Source of the DNA: an uncultured Fimbriimonadales bacterium
GTDB taxonomy: Bacteria; Armatimonadota; Fimbriimonadia; Fimbriimonadales; GBS-DC
Reading direction: 5' to 3'
Length of the DNA stretch: 64,000 nucleotides
Assembly: GCA_937992175.1 (NCBI GenBank)
Contig: CALKLF010000022.1
Location: 16,318 to 80,317, forward strand
In this document: one piece after another, positions 1-10,444 of the stretch
Layout of the letters: each line of letters opens with the position of its first letter
Numbering within the stretch: the stretch's first letter is position 1
Position numbers and translations under genes: made by a program
The notes under the pieces: generated by a model
Seen by the model: the letters and a program-made list of their open reading frames with translations, nothing else
Told to the model about the DNA's origin: nothing
The model's database searches: none

Positions 1-105
1 ATTTGCGGGTGTATCGGCGGAAACGGTTCGCGGGATAATCTTTTTTTCCTGCAACGCGCCTAAGGGGTATTGTTAGGATTCCCCGTCAGGTAAAATTCGC
101 TCGCC

Positions 106-1392
106 ATGCCGACCGCCGCCTTTACGACTCTGGGGTGCAAGGTCAATCAATACGAGACGCAGAAGATTCTGGAGAGTTTCGAGGCGCAGGGCTTCGAAAT
201 TGCGCCATTTGACGCGCCTGCCGATGTATATGTCATCAATACCTGCTCGGTGACGCAGTCCGCGGAGGCGAAGTCGCGCCAGACGATTCGTCGCGCGGCG
301 CGCCAGAACCCGAATGCCATCGTTGTCATGACAGGCTGCTACGCGCAGTTCACCATCCGACGCGGCGAAAAGTTAGATGAAGCGCATCTCGTCGTCCCGA
401 ACCCCGACAAACTGCGCACGGTGGAGTATCTACTGGAGCATTTTCCCCACTTCAAGGCTGCGCTGGAGCAGGCGCGTCGGCAGGGCGAGGTTCCTGCGCG
501 TCGCCGCAGCCGCGCCGTGTTGAAAATTCAGGACGGCTGTAATGTCTACTGCAGTTTCTGCTCCATCCCCTACACGCGCCCTGTCATGCGCAGTATCCCC
601 TACCAGGAGCTGCTGGACGAGGCGCGCGCGATGGTAGCGGACGGCTACCGCGAAATCGTGCTGACGGGCGTGCTGATTGGCGACTACGGACCCGAAACGG
701 GCAGCGGCGGACCCGACCTGGCGGACCTGTGCGCTCTGCTGAGTGAGATTGAAGGGCTGGAGCGCATCCGCATCAGCTCCATCGAACCGACGCTAATCAG
801 CAACCGCCTAATCGACCTGATTGTGGGAAACCCGAAGATGTGCCCGCAACTGCATATCCCCTTGCAAAGCGGCGACTCGCGTATTCTCAAGGCGATGAAC
901 CGCCCCTACGACCAGGCGTTCTATCTGGATTTGATTTGCCGTTTACGCGAGCGTATCCCCGACTGCGGTGTCAGCACGGACATCATGGTGGGCTTTCCTG
1001 GTGAGGACGAGCTGGCGTTTCAGAACACCTGTAGCGTCGTGGAGCAGGTGGAATTCTGCCGAGCGCATCTGTTTCGCTACTCGCCGCGCCCGGGCACGCC
1101 CGCGGAGGCGATGCGCGACCATGTGCCCGACTCGGTCAAATCGGAACGGATTCAGCAGCTGCAGCAGGTCTGCAAGGCGGCGGCGCGCCGCTACGCCGCG
1201 CGCTTTCTCGGCAGGGTCGAGCGCGTGCTGGTGGAGAGCCGCTCGAAGCTTTCGGGATTGATGACGGGCACGAGCGACCACTACCTGCATGTGGAGTTCG
1301 CCGCCTCGCCCAGCCTTGCAGGACAGCTGGTCCGGGTGCGTATCACCGACCTCGCGGCAGACGGTGTGATAGGCGAAGTAGTAAGTGGGTGA
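106..1392 (+). CDS. mtaB: tRNA t6A37 methylthiotransferase MtaB (radical-SAM MiaB/RimO family)
   Basis: 428-aa ORF. N-terminal UPF0004-type domain (TLGCKVNQYETQ...VINTCSVT). Radical-SAM cluster motif CNVYCSFCSIP. C-terminal TRAM-like segment. Confidence 0.85.
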   Translation: MPTAAFTTLGCKVNQYETQKILESFEAQGFEIAPFDAPADVYVINTCSVTQSAEAKSRQTIRRAARQNPNAIVVMTGCYAQFTIRRGEKLDEAHLVVPNPDKLRTVEYLLEHFPHFKAALEQARRQGEVPARRRSRAVLKIQDGCNVYCSFCSIPYTRPVMRSIPYQELLDEARAMVADGYREIVLTGVLIGDYGPETGSGGPDLADLCALLSEIEGLERIRISSIEPTLISNRLIDLIVGNPKMCPQLHIPLQSGDSRILKAMNRPYDQAFYLDLICRLRERIPDCGVSTDIMVGFPGEDELAFQNTCSVVEQVEFCRAHLFRYSPRPGTPAEAMRDHVPDSVKSERIQQLQQVCKAAARRYAARFLGRVERVLVESRSKLSGLMTGTSDHYLHVEFAASPSLAGQLVRVRITDLAADGVIGEVVSG

Positions 1393-1401
1393 TAATAGGC
1401 T

Positions 1402-2229
1402 ATGCGCAACGACCTGAGCGAGCGTGTCGCCCGCGCGTGGGCGTCGGGCGAGGTCAGTGAGGCGCTGATTCTGGAGCTCATCGACGCGCTGGAGCGGGGC
1501 GAGGCGCGCGCGGCAGAGCCAGCCCCCGACAGCCCCACTGGCTGGCGCGTGAACGCGTGGGTGAAAGAGGGCATCCTGCTCGGCTTTCGGCTGGGCAGGC
1601 TGGTCTCGATGTTCTGGGGCGGCGTGGAGTTTCTGGATCGGCATCTCTATCCCCCGCGCGAGTTCGGGCTCAGCGACGGCGTGCGGATTGTGCCTGGCGG
1701 CACAAGCATTCGGCGCGGCGCGTGCCTTCGCCCAGGCGTGGTCGTGATGCCCCCGACCTATGTGAATGTCGGCGCATATGTTGGAGAGAACACGATGCTG
1801 GATTCCCATGTGCTGGTCGGCTCCTGTGCGCAGATTGGGGCGCGCGTGCATCTAAGCGCAGGCTGTCAGATTGGCGGCGTGCTGGAGCCGGTGGGCGCGC
1901 TGCCCGTGATTATCGAAGACGACGCTCTGATTGGCGGCTGTTCGGGGATTTTCGAAGGCACGGTCGTCAAGCGGCGCGCCGTGATTGGGGCGGGCGTCAT
2001 CCTCACGCGCTCCACGCCCCTCTATGACCTTGTGAATGAGCGCGTTCTCCGCGCGGAGGGCGACCTGCCGCTGATTGTGCCCGAAAACGCCGTTGTGGTG
2101 GCGGGCAGCCGACCCGTGTCGGGCGAGTTCGCGCGACAACATAACCTCCAGCTCTATGCGCCCGTGATTGTCAAATATCGCGACGAACGCACCGACGCCG
2201 CAACCGCGCTGGAAGACGCCCTGCGATAA
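1402..2229 (+). CDS. dapD: 2,3,4,5-tetrahydropyridine-2,6-dicarboxylate N-succinyltransferase
   Basis: 275 aa, collinear by eye with E. coli DapD. Shows hexapeptide-repeat left-handed beta-helix motifs ([35 protein letters not shown]...GGVLEP). Confidence 0.85.
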   Translation: MRNDLSERVARAWASGEVSEALILELIDALERGEARAAEPAPDSPTGWRVNAWVKEGILLGFRLGRLVSMFWGGVEFLDRHLYPPREFGLSDGVRIVPGGTSIRRGACLRPGVVVMPPTYVNVGAYVGENTMLDSHVLVGSCAQIGARVHLSAGCQIGGVLEPVGALPVIIEDDALIGGCSGIFEGTVVKRRAVIGAGVILTRSTPLYDLVNERVLRAEGDLPLIVPENAVVVAGSRPVSGEFARQHNLQLYAPVIVKYRDERTDAATALEDALR

Positions 2230-2270
2230 ACCGAAAATCAGGTATACTTAGCCACTATTCACAGGAGGTT

Positions 2271-2594
2271 ATGCTTATGGCGAAGGCTATTACTCAGAGC
2301 GAGTGGCAGACGGAGGTCATCAACTCGCCCGTGCCCGTGCTTGTGGACTTCTGGGCGGTCTGGTGCGGTCCCTGCCGTCTTATCGCGCCGATTGTTGAAG
2401 AACTGAGCCGTCAGTATGAAGGCAAACTAAAAGTTTTCAAGGTGGATGTCGATCAGGAGCAGCACCTGGCGATGCAGTATGGGATTATGAGCATCCCGAC
2501 GCTGCTGCTGTTCAAGAACGGGCAGGTGGTCGAGCAGATTGTGGGCGCGCTGCCGAAGGGCGCAATTGAACAAAAGATTGCCAAACATCTGTAA
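2271..2594 (+). CDS. trxA: thioredoxin
   Basis: 107 aa with the canonical WCGPC active site and thioredoxin fold signature (VDFWAVWCGPCRLIAP...SIPTLLLFKNG). AGGAGG-like RBS upstream. An alternative ATG lies at 2277. Confidence 0.9.
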   Translation: MLMAKAITQSEWQTEVINSPVPVLVDFWAVWCGPCRLIAPIVEELSRQYEGKLKVFKVDVDQEQHLAMQYGIMSIPTLLLFKNGQVVEQIVGALPKGAIEQKIAKHL

Positions 2595-2607
2595 GTCTTT
2601 TGCACTC

Positions 2608-3648
2608 CTACCCATTTATCGCCTGTAATAGCTGCCCTGCGCCGAACCGCACTGGGTCGGTGCAGGGCAATTTTGTTTCGGCTTCTACCTGCGCGATAGC
2701 CGCTTGCGCTTCCGACTCGCTCAGGTGCGCCGTGTTCAACGCGACGGCGACCACTTTCGAGGGATAAAATGCCCCGCCCATCGAGGCGACCGCCTCGTAG
2801 ATTCGAATCACCTCAGTCAGCGGCGGAATGGGCACATCGGGGAAGGTGCGGATATGCGTCTGTCCTGCGCGATGCACCAGAATCAGGTGGGTGGGCTGCC
2901 CGCCGCGCAGCAGGGGCAGCGTAGCGGTGGACGCGGGGTTCGTAAGCGCGCCTTGCCCCTCGATGTGAATGATGTCGGCGTCGTCTGCCAGCTCGCAGAC
3001 GAACTTTTCTACGGCTCCGGAGGCGAAGTCGACGCGCACAGCGTCCAGCGCGACGCCGCTGCCCTCGATCATGATTCCCGTTTGTCCCGTCGCCAGGAAG
3101 CGCGAGCGAATCCCCTGCTGCAGGCAGGCGCGATGCATTTCGAGGCTCACGGTCATCTTACCGACCGCCATGTCGGTTCCAACGGTCAGCACGCGCCTGC
3201 AATGGAGATAACGCGCCTTGCCCGAGCCGACGCCCAGCCCTGGCGGCTCTTTGCGCACATCCCAAATCCACTGGCAGCTATGCAGGAACGGCTCCAGGTC
3301 GGGATGCTTGGCTAAGGGCGCGTGCATTCCGTTCACGAGGTTCAACCCCGCCAGCACCGCAGTGCGCACCTCGCGCCACATGTCGGCGGGCAGTGCGCCC
3401 CCCGACGGCGCGATTCCAATCACCAGCGTATCGGGGCGATACGCCATCGCCTCCTGCACCGACGCCACGATGGGCGTATCACGCGCGATGCCTGTGAGTT
3501 CCTGCAACGACTGCCCTGCGCACTCACGGTCGATTACCGCAACAATCGGGTTCGGGCTGTAGCGCAGCAAGCCCAGCCCCGTCTTGCCGAACTTGCCACG
3601 GATCCCCTCGTGCATCAAAATCGCGAGCCGATTTTCAGGTTTGAGCAT
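2608..3648 (-). CDS. DUF1611 domain protein (DgcN-like N-acetyltransferase family)
   Basis: 346 aa. Family-typical pattern: KTGLGLLRY...VAVID, VIGIAPSGG, VGTDMAVGKMT, TGQTGIMI...VDFASGAVE, EGQGAL. Confidence 0.7.
   Translation of the reverse strand: MLKPENRLAILMHEGIRGKFGKTGLGLLRYSPNPIVAVIDRECAGQSLQELTGIARDTPIVASVQEAMAYRPDTLVIGIAPSGGALPADMWREVRTAVLAGLNLVNGMHAPLAKHPDLEPFLHSCQWIWDVRKEPPGLGVGSGKARYLHCRRVLTVGTDMAVGKMTVSLEMHRACLQQGIRSRFLATGQTGIMIEGSGVALDAVRVDFASGAVEKFVCELADDADIIHIEGQGALTNPASTATLPLLRGGQPTHLILVHRAGQTHIRTFPDVPIPPLTEVIRIYEAVASMGGAFYPSKVVAVALNTAHLSESEAQAAIAQVEAETKLPCTDPVRFGAGQLLQAING
2633..2678 (+). terminator. intrinsic terminator downstream of trxA
   Basis: Long hairpin tgccctgc-g-ccga-a-cc [gcact] gg-g-tcgg-t-gcagggca (2633-2669), followed by aTTTTGTTT. 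It overlaps the 3' end of the convergent DUF1611 gene. Confidence 0.7.
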
Positions 3649-3857
3649 GGTCGGGAGGGGATTATACCTTCACCCCAAGTAAGGGATCGTCTTTTGCATT
3701 TATGGTTCGACCATCATTTTTGGGTAATGGGCTGCCTCGTTGAGCCTACGGGCGGTTAACTCTTCCCACCCGCTCAGGTATACTTTTACTGCCTTGTTCC
3801 TCCGAGAGCCGTTCACCTGGACGCAAGGCGTATCTTGAACAGCGAGGTGAACCCGTT

Positions 3858-4547
3858 ATGACGGTCAAGTGGGCGCTGGTGAAAACCAGCCCGTTTCAGT
3901 GGCTCAGTGAAGACGAGACGCACGAAATCCTGAGCCGTATGCTCAGTGTGCGTTATAATCCCGGCGAGCGACTGGAACTGGGACGCGAGCCGGGCGGCTG
4001 GTGGGTGGTGGAGAAAGGGCTGATGAAGGTCTATACAATCGCGCCAGACGGCAGCGCGCTCACTTACGCCATCTTGGGCGAGGGCGACTCGTTCGGCGAG
4101 ACCACCATCCTCACCGGGCACTGGGTGCGTGCCACCGTGGAAGCGCTGGAGCCGACCGAAGTACGCTACCTCTCCGCCGAACAGTTCGAAAGTCTGCTCA
4201 AAGAACACCCCGACTTTGCGCTCGCGCTGCTGCGCAACTTAGCGGAGCGTATCCGTCAATCGGAGGAGCGCGTGTTTCACATCAGTCGGCTCAAGTTAAG
4301 CCAGCGGGTGGCGCACGCGCTCATGGGGCTGGCACGGAGCATCGGCGAACAGACCGACGCAGGCATCGAAATCCACCTGACCCATCAGGAAATCGCTGAT
4401 TATGTGGGGGCGAGCCGCGAGGCGGTCAGCCGCACCCTCGGACGCTGGGCGCGCAAAGGATGGCTCACCACCAACCGTAAGTCGGTTGTCCTCAAAGACC
4501 TGCGCCCGTTCCAGATTATGACCAACCAGCTGAACTTCGCCGCTTGA
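3858..4547 (+). CDS. Crp/Fnr family transcriptional regulator
   Basis: 229 aa. N-terminal cNMP-binding beta-barrel (GEGDSFGE). C-terminal HTH (LTHQEIADYVGASREAVSRTLGRW). Confidence 0.8.
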   Translation: MTVKWALVKTSPFQWLSEDETHEILSRMLSVRYNPGERLELGREPGGWWVVEKGLMKVYTIAPDGSALTYAILGEGDSFGETTILTGHWVRATVEALEPTEVRYLSAEQFESLLKEHPDFALALLRNLAERIRQSEERVFHISRLKLSQRVAHALMGLARSIGEQTDAGIEIHLTHQEIADYVGASREAVSRTLGRWARKGWLTTNRKSVVLKDLRPFQIMTNQLNFAA

Positions 4548-4579
4548 AAAAACGGGTGGAGAGATGCCCCTCTCCACCC
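4546..4579 (-). terminator. intrinsic terminator for the fasciclin gene
   Basis: On the minus strand, GGGTGGAGAG [gggcat] CTCTCCACCC is followed by GTTTTTTCA. It lies 27 nt after the stop at 4606, between convergent genes. Confidence 0.65.
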
Positions 4580-4605
4580 GAATGAGTTGCGAGGTGATAG
4601 GTTGG

Positions 4606-5007
4606 TTACTTGGGCATAATCACTTTGTCGATGACATGGATGACGCCGTTATCCGCCTCGATATCGGTCTGGATTACATTCGCGTCATCCACCCGCACGC
4701 CGCCGTCCGTGTTGACGGTAATGCTCTGCCCCTGCACGGTCTGCAGCTGGCTGCTGCGCACGACATCCGCCGCCATCAGCTTGCCCGGCACCACATGGTA
4801 GGTCAGGATTGCCGTGAGCCTCTCCTTGTCCGCCAGCACGGCTTGCAGCGTGTCCTGCGGGATCTGAGCGAACGCCTCATCGGTGGGAGCAAACACAGTG
4901 AACGGTCCCTCGCCGCTGAGCGTCTCTACCAGACCCGCTGCCTGAACCGCTTGAACGAGCGTATTGAACTTCCCTGCCTGAACAGCGATATCAACAATCG
5001 TTGGCAT
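4606..5007 (-). CDS. fasciclin (FAS1) domain protein
   Basis: FAS1 motifs [19 protein letters not shown]...[13 protein letters not shown]...LTYHVVPGK...IHVIDKV. Start chosen at ATG 5007 because a GGAGG RBS lies at 5014-5018. The ORF track extends to 5064. Confidence 0.8.
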   Translation of the reverse strand: MPTIVDIAVQAGKFNTLVQAVQAAGLVETLSGEGPFTVFAPTDEAFAQIPQDTLQAVLADKERLTAILTYHVVPGKLMAADVVRSSQLQTVQGQSITVNTDGGVRVDDANVIQTDIEADNGVIHVIDKVIMPK

Positions 5008-5141
5008 AACACACCTCCTGTCGGTTTTCGCGCGATCGTTCGCGCACAACATAGTATCCCTCATCGAATCGGGCGTTGTCTGTGATTAGAATCACACTGC
5101 CCGAATTTCGGGGTATAATTGCCTTATAAAGGAGGCGGCGC

Positions 5142-5429
5142 ATGGAGCAGACTCCAGAACGCACGGATGTCTACACTCTGCTGCGCTATACGCTGGATTT
5201 GTATATTGCGGGCGCGTGGCAGTGGATGGGCTTTTTGTCGGACCCGACGACCGGAAAGACCCATGTCGCGCTGGAGGAGGCGCAAATCGCCATCGACTGC
5301 GCCGATTTTCTGGCAGGAAAACTCAAGCCGCGCCTCGAACCTGAAATGCAACGGGAGTATGAGCGTCAACTCCGCGACCTGAAGTTGAACTTTCTGATGA
5401 AGCAGAACGAATCGCGCACGGAGGCATAG
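5142..5429 (+). CDS. DUF1844 domain protein
   Basis: 95 aa, recognised by overall pattern (hydrophobic helix followed by DP.TG....L..A...ID....L..K). GGAGG RBS upstream. Confidence 0.55.
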   Translation: MEQTPERTDVYTLLRYTLDLYIAGAWQWMGFLSDPTTGKTHVALEEAQIAIDCADFLAGKLKPRLEPEMQREYERQLRDLKLNFLMKQNESRTEA

Positions 5430-5430
5430 G

Positions 5431-5976
5431 ATGGGACTGTTGATTTGGGCGCGCGCTCTTGCGCAAGGCGTGTGGGAAAGGCGAATTCAGGCGCAAACCG
5501 CAATCCGAATCGGGCTGCTACGCACGACCGCCGTGCTGAGGTCGTTGCCAGAGACGGCGTGGGAACAGATTCGACACTGGCGCGGTAAGAGCGTCGAGTT
5601 TCCGATTGAGGAACAGCGGGCGCTGCTGGCAGAGTATTATGAGCGGTTCGAGCAGTTAGCGGAGCTGATTTGCGACGCGGCGTTTGCGGGCGAGGGCGCG
5701 CCGTTTCAGGAGCACTACGCTGCGCTCCGTCGCTGGCTCCAGCGCGCCTATCCGCAGCTTAAACCCTACATAACGGGGCACATGAACTGCGACTCCAGCG
5801 ACGCCGAGTTCGGCATGCGCACTGTCGGCAAGCCCACAGACGCGATGGAGGCGCTGTTCGCGGCGGAGACCGTCGAGGACATCCTGCGCCACGATCAGGG
5901 CGACCTGATTGGTCGCCTCGAACGCGCCCGCAGCGCGCTCTATCGCTACGCCGACTACCTGCGGGAAATGGTCTGA
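5431..5976 (+). CDS. hypothetical protein
   Basis: 181-aa ORF starting 2 nt after the previous stop. Coding-like composition. No motif recognised. Confidence 0.5.
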   Translation: MGLLIWARALAQGVWERRIQAQTAIRIGLLRTTAVLRSLPETAWEQIRHWRGKSVEFPIEEQRALLAEYYERFEQLAELICDAAFAGEGAPFQEHYAALRRWLQRAYPQLKPYITGHMNCDSSDAEFGMRTVGKPTDAMEALFAAETVEDILRHDQGDLIGRLERARSALYRYADYLREMV

Positions 5977-6004
5977 ACGCGCAGGCGGGTACAATTATCC
6001 CGCT

Positions 6005-7219
6005 ATGAACCCGATTGTTCCGCTAACGGCTGTTCAGCTGCCGATGAGCAAGCCGCGTCGTCGCACGCGCGAGGTCAAAGTCGGCGACATCGGCATCGGC
6101 GGCAATAACCCGATTCGCGTACAGTCCATGATTACCGCCGAGACGATGAACACGCAGGCGGCGGTGGAGCAGATTATCCAGCTCTACGAAGCAGGTTGCG
6201 AAATCGTGCGCGTGACGGCCCCGAATCTGCGTGAGGCGCAGAACTTGGGCGAAATCCGCAAGGAACTCCAACGGCGTGGCTACGGACGCATCCCCCTCGT
6301 CGCCGATGTCCACCATCAGGGCATGGACATCGCGCTCGAATGCACCAAACATGTCGATAAAGTGCGCATTAACCCGGGACTCTTCGTGTTCCGCAAGCCT
6401 GACCCGAACCGCTTAGACTACAGCCCCTCTGAGATTCAGCAGGAGCTGGAGGCAATCGAACAAGCGTTCCTGCCCGTGATTCGGGCGTGCAAGGAGCGCG
6501 GGCTGGCGATGCGCATCGGCGTCAATCACGGCAGCCTCTCGGAACGAATCAAAGTGATGTACGGCGACTCGCCCGTTGGCATGGTCGAGTCGGCGATGGA
6601 GTATCTCAAAATCTGCGAGGCGCACGGCTTTAGGAACCTTGTCATCTCGCTCAAGGCGAGCCGCGTGCCCGTTATGCTCTCCGCCTACCGCCTGATGGTC
6701 AAGCGCATGGATGAGGAGGGGATGGACTACCCGTTGCATTTAGGCGTGACAGAGGCGGGGGATGGGATGTATGCCCGCATCAAGAGCGCGATTGGCATCG
6801 GCACCCTGCTGGCGGAGGGCATCGGCGACACCATCCGCGTCTCGCTGGCGGAAGACCCCCTCAACGAAATCGAAGTGTGCTACGACATCCTGCAAGCGCT
6901 GGGCTTGCGCAAAACCAAAGTGGAGTATATTGCCTGCCCCTCCTGCGGGCGCACGAAGTTCGATCTGCCCACCGTGCTGAACCAAGTGCGCGACGCTACG
7001 AAACACCTCGTGGGGTTGGATATCGCCGTGATGGGCTGTATTGTTAACGGACCAGGCGAGATGGCAGACGCCGACTACGGCTATGTCGGGCGCGGCGGGG
7101 GCAAGATTGCGCTCTATCGCAAGGGACAGCTGGTGAAGAACGACATCCCCGCCGAACGCGGCGTGGAAGAACTGATTGCGCTGCTCAAGGCGGATGGCGT
7201 GTGGCGGGATCCTGAATAG
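6005..7219 (+). CDS. ispG: 4-hydroxy-3-methylbut-2-en-1-yl diphosphate synthase (flavodoxin)
   Basis: GcpE motifs ([49 protein letters not shown]). Start set at ATG 6005 (MNPIV...). The track ORF start at 5909 overlaps the upstream gene. Confidence 0.9.
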   Translation: MNPIVPLTAVQLPMSKPRRRTREVKVGDIGIGGNNPIRVQSMITAETMNTQAAVEQIIQLYEAGCEIVRVTAPNLREAQNLGEIRKELQRRGYGRIPLVADVHHQGMDIALECTKHVDKVRINPGLFVFRKPDPNRLDYSPSEIQQELEAIEQAFLPVIRACKERGLAMRIGVNHGSLSERIKVMYGDSPVGMVESAMEYLKICEAHGFRNLVISLKASRVPVMLSAYRLMVKRMDEEGMDYPLHLGVTEAGDGMYARIKSAIGIGTLLAEGIGDTIRVSLAEDPLNEIEVCYDILQALGLRKTKVEYIACPSCGRTKFDLPTVLNQVRDATKHLVGLDIAVMGCIVNGPGEMADADYGYVGRGGGKIALYRKGQLVKNDIPAERGVEELIALLKADGVWRDPE

Positions 7220-7231
7220 GCTACCGCCGCT

Positions 7232-7270
7232 ACAAAACGAAAAATGGGCTGAGGAAATATTCCCCAGCCC
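7232..7270 (-). terminator. intrinsic terminator for the PEP-CTERM gene
   Basis: Hairpin 7246-7270 (gggctg-a-gg / cc-cagccc). On the minus strand it is followed by ATTTTTCGTTTTGT (7232-7245). Confidence 0.6.
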
Positions 7271-7306
7271 CAGTCTGTTACGCCCGGAAAGGAAAGTCGG
7301 ACGGGA

Positions 7307-7987
7307 TTACTTCTTGCGGCGTCGCAGCGCCAGCGCGCCCAGACCCGTTGCCAGCGCAATCAGGCTCGCAGGCTCAGGTACCCAGTCCTGCTCCACCAGC
7401 AGCAAGCTGGCGGTGGAAGTGCCTGGCGCAGGCGCGCCGTCAATATGCAGGATGGCAACCTCAAACACGAGGAAATGGCTCGACGGGGACGAGAGGGCAA
7501 AGAACTGGTTTAGCCCTACCGCGCCATCTGAGCCACCGTAGGAACTCCCGCTCCAGACCCAGCTGCCCGTGAATAGCACCGCGCTGGTTTCGTAGTCGAC
7601 GACCTTCTTGAAGAAGATAATCTGACCGAACTCAAACACGAAGCCGTTCAGCACGAAGTTGAAGCCCGTCAGCGGGCCGCCGCCCGCGCTCTTGACCTCG
7701 TAGACACCCGTGAAGGTTGCATTCGTGAAAGAGAAGCCATTCCCCGCGATAATCGGGGGGTTGCTGTTGTTCGTGAGAAAGGTCACTTTTGGCAGGCTTG
7801 GTACATTAACCGTGGCAGGGGCGTTTACAGGGTTTCCGTTGATGTCAACAGGAACTGAGACATTAACCACGCCTGGATTCAGAGTGCCTGAACTGTTTAT
7901 CGCCGTAACATCCCATCCTGCAGCGTATGCTGCAAAGGCTACCGCCGAAGCGGTTATTGACAGTATCAGTTTATTCAAGCGCATCAT
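7307..7987 (-). CDS. PEP-CTERM sorting-domain secreted protein
   Basis: Signal peptide MMRLNKLILSITASAVAFAAYAAG. C-terminal VPEPASLIALATGLGALALRRRKK (PEP motif, TM helix, basic tail). Start at 7987 has an AGGAGGA RBS. Confidence 0.8.
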   Translation of the reverse strand: MMRLNKLILSITASAVAFAAYAAGWDVTAINSSGTLNPGVVNVSVPVDINGNPVNAPATVNVPSLPKVTFLTNNSNPPIIAGNGFSFTNATFTGVYEVKSAGGGPLTGFNFVLNGFVFEFGQIIFFKKVVDYETSAVLFTGSWVWSGSSYGGSDGAVGLNQFFALSSPSSHFLVFEVAILHIDGAPAPGTSTASLLLVEQDWVPEPASLIALATGLGALALRRRKK

Positions 7988-8143
7988 GTATCCTCCTTTC
8001 TGAGGTTGGGCTACTGTGCTAGGGCGAACCAGCACAGTGCGTCTAAATTATAGCACATTTTGCAGGGTTTGTCAAGGGGTTTCAAAGCCATGAGGGGGAA
8101 ATTCGGGGGAATTTAGAGACTATCTACGAAAGTGAGTGAACTA

Positions 8144-8256
8144 CCCTCACCCCCAACCCCCTCTCCCACAGCGTGGGAGAGGGGGGCTTCCTGAAAGTAG
8201 CGCAGCGACGCTATCTCCCCTCTCCCGCGTCGCGGGAGAGGGGCTGGGGGTGAGGG
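8144..8256. repeat. 113-bp nested GC-rich palindromic element (type A)
   Basis: Outer inverted repeat ccctcaccccca / tgggggtgaggg encloses two hairpins (cccctctccca[cagcg]tgggagagggg and cccctctcccg[cgtcg]cgggagagggg). Confidence 0.85.
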
Positions 8257-8418
8257 CAAAAAAGCGCACGATAAGCCCTCCTGCAGGGAGAAACGGAAAG
8301 CCCACCACTTTTCCCAGATAGCCTTTCAGGGCATTTTCCGAACACCCTCAGGAGTTTCAAAGCCATGGGGGGGAAATCCGAGGGACTTTAGAGACTATCT
8401 ACGAAAGTGAGTGAACTA

Positions 8419-8530
8419 CCCTCACCACCAACCCCCTCTCCCACAGCGTGGGAGAGGGGGCTTCCTGAAAGGAGCGCAGCGACGCTGGCTCCCCTCTCCC
8501 GCGTCGCGGGAGAGTGGCTGGGGGTGAGGG
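8419..8530. repeat. 112-bp type-A palindromic element, second copy
   Basis: Same architecture as 8144-8256, inside tandem unit 2. Confidence 0.85.
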
Positions 8531-8659
8531 CAAAAAAGCGCATGCCAACCCATCCCGCACTGGCAAACGCACAGAAAGCTCCCTACATTCCCAAGATAGC
8601 CCCTTACCCTTTTACTGTACACGCAGGAACCGCCTAACGGGGTACAATTACCTCTGTCT

Positions 8660-10444
8660 ATGACAACGACTTGGCAACGGACTCATCCCTGCGGTGTTTT
8701 GCGAACGGAGCATATCGGACAAACAGTGCGCTTGAACGGCTGGGTGCATCGCGTGCGCGACTTGGGTGGCTTGGTATTTGTAGACCTGCGCGACCGCACA
8801 GGGCTGGTGCAGGTGGTGTTCGACCCTGCGATTAGCCCCGAGTTGGTGGAACAGGCGAGCAACCTGCGCGTGGAGTATTGTATCGCCATAGAGGGCGAGG
8901 TGCGTCGCCGACGCCCCGGCGCGGAGAACCCCAAGATTGCCACTGGCGAGATCGAAGTGTTCGCCCACGCGCTGCATATCTTCAGCCCTTCCAAAACGCC
9001 GCCCTTCCAAATCAACGAGGAGAACCTGGAGGTAGACGAGAGCCTCCGCCTCAAGTATCGCTACTTAGACCTGCGCCGTCCCGCGATGTACCAGCGACTG
9101 GAGCTGCGCCACCGCATCGTGAAATACATCCGCGATTTCCTCTCCGAGCGCGGCTTTCTGGAGGTGGAGACGCCCATCCTCATCAAAAGCACGCCTGAAG
9201 GCGCACGCGACTACCTCGTGCCCAGCCGCCTTTACCCGGGCAAGTTCTACGCGCTGCCCCAGTCGCCCCAGCAACTGAAACAGCTGCTGATGGTGGCAGG
9301 TGTGGAGCGTTATTTCCAAATCGCGCGCTGCTTCCGCGACGAAGACCCCCGCGCCGACCGCCAGCCTGAGTTCACTCAGCTGGACTTGGAGATGGCGTTC
9401 GTCACGCAGGACGACATTTTGAACCTCATCGAGGAACTCTATATTGGGATGATCGAAACCTGCACGGACAAGCGCGTGCTGAAGCCGTTCCCACGCCTCA
9501 CCTACGACGAGGCGATGGAGCGCTACGGCACAGACAAGCCCGACCTGCGCTTCGGGCTGGAGCTGCATAACCTGACCGAACTACTCCGCGAGACTGAATT
9601 TCAAGCGTTCCGAAGCGTGATAGAGGCAGGGGGCGTGGTGAAAGCCCTCTGCCTGCCCCAGTGCGCCGACTACTCGCGCAGGCAGATTGACGAACTCACC
9701 GAATTCGTGAAACGCTTCGGTGCGAAAGGGCTGGCGGCGATTGCGTTTACCAGCGAGGGCATCCGCTCACCCATCGCAAAGTTCCTCAGTGAGGCGGAAC
9801 TCAACGCTATCCGCGAGCGCACGGGGGCGAACACGGGCGACCTGGTGGCAATTGTCGCCGATAAGCCCAAAATCGTGAACGAGTGCCTCAGCCGCCTGCG
9901 CCATCGGATGGGGCAGGAACTCGGCTTAGCCGACCCCAACCTCATGGCGTTCGCTTGGGTGGTGGACTTCCCCCTACTGGAGTGGGATGAGACGGAGGGG
10001 CGCTGGAACCCTTCGCACCATCCGTTCACCGCGCCACGCGAGGAAGATATCCCCCTGCTGGATACCGACCCTGGCAGGGTGCGGGCGAACTGCTACGACC
10101 TCGTGTGCAACGGCAACGAACTCGCCAGCGGCAGTATCCGTATCCATCGGCGCGACCTGCAGGATAAGATTTTCAAGCTGCTGGGCTACTCCGACGCCGA
10201 GATTCAGGAGCGGTTCGGACACCTGCTGGAAGCGTTCGAGTACGGCGCGCCCCCACACGGCGGTATCGCGCCCGGCATCGATCGGCTGGTGATGCTCTTG
10301 GCAGGCGATGAGACGATTCGGAATGTGATTGCCTTCCCGAAGAACACAGCGATGGTGGACTTGATGTTCGGCGCGCCCTCGCCCGTCAGCGAGGAGCAGC
10401 TGAAGGAACTCCACTTGCGCATCGTACTGGACGATGAGGATTGA
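8660..10444 (+). CDS. aspS: aspartate--tRNA ligase
   Basis: 594 aa. OB anticodon-binding N-terminus and class II motifs ([32 protein letters not shown]). Confidence 0.95.
   Translation: MTTTWQRTHPCGVLRTEHIGQTVRLNGWVHRVRDLGGLVFVDLRDRTGLVQVVFDPAISPELVEQASNLRVEYCIAIEGEVRRRRPGAENPKIATGEIEVFAHALHIFSPSKTPPFQINEENLEVDESLRLKYRYLDLRRPAMYQRLELRHRIVKYIRDFLSERGFLEVETPILIKSTPEGARDYLVPSRLYPGKFYALPQSPQQLKQLLMVAGVERYFQIARCFRDEDPRADRQPEFTQLDLEMAFVTQDDILNLIEELYIGMIETCTDKRVLKPFPRLTYDEAMERYGTDKPDLRFGLELHNLTELLRETEFQAFRSVIEAGGVVKALCLPQCADYSRRQIDELTEFVKRFGAKGLAAIAFTSEGIRSPIAKFLSEAELNAIRERTGANTGDLVAIVADKPKIVNECLSRLRHRMGQELGLADPNLMAFAWVVDFPLLEWDETEGRWNPSHHPFTAPREEDIPLLDTDPGRVRANCYDLVCNGNELASGSIRIHRRDLQDKIFKLLGYSDAEIQERFGHLLEAFEYGAPPHGGIAPGIDRLVMLLAGDETIRNVIAFPKNTAMVDLMFGAPSPVSEEQLKELHLRIVLDDED

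Larger units (their letters stand above)
8079..8628. repeat. two diverged tandem units of about 275 bp
   Basis: gtttcaaagcc...agagactatctacgaaagtgagtgaactaccctcacc occurs at 8079 and again at 8354. Each unit carries one nested palindrome. Confidence 0.8.

Noticed and set aside
943-1851. Long antisense or alternative-frame ORFs throughout the window. Examples: 943-1851(-), 11591-12580(-), 12972-13967(+), 15005-15766(+), 24899-25960(-), 27122-28075(+), 32348-33439(+), 35567-36340(+), 44185-45309(+), 47011-48228(+), 50658-51845(-), 58789-59946(-)
   Set aside because: Each overlaps a gene with strong family motifs on the other strand or frame. Each has Arg/Ala/Pro/His-rich composition without recognisable domains, as expected from stop-codon paucity at high GC.
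5909-6004. Upstream extension of ispG overlapping the preceding gene
   Set aside because: IspG homology begins at MNPIVPL (ATG 6005). The extension overlaps 5431-5976 in another frame.
8136-8637. ORFs 8136-8321, 8407-8637 and 8422-8622 encoding PLSRVAGEG.GVRAKK-type peptides
   Set aside because: They are simply translations of the tandem palindromic repeat units. They have no RBS or start context, and the same DNA reads open on both strands.
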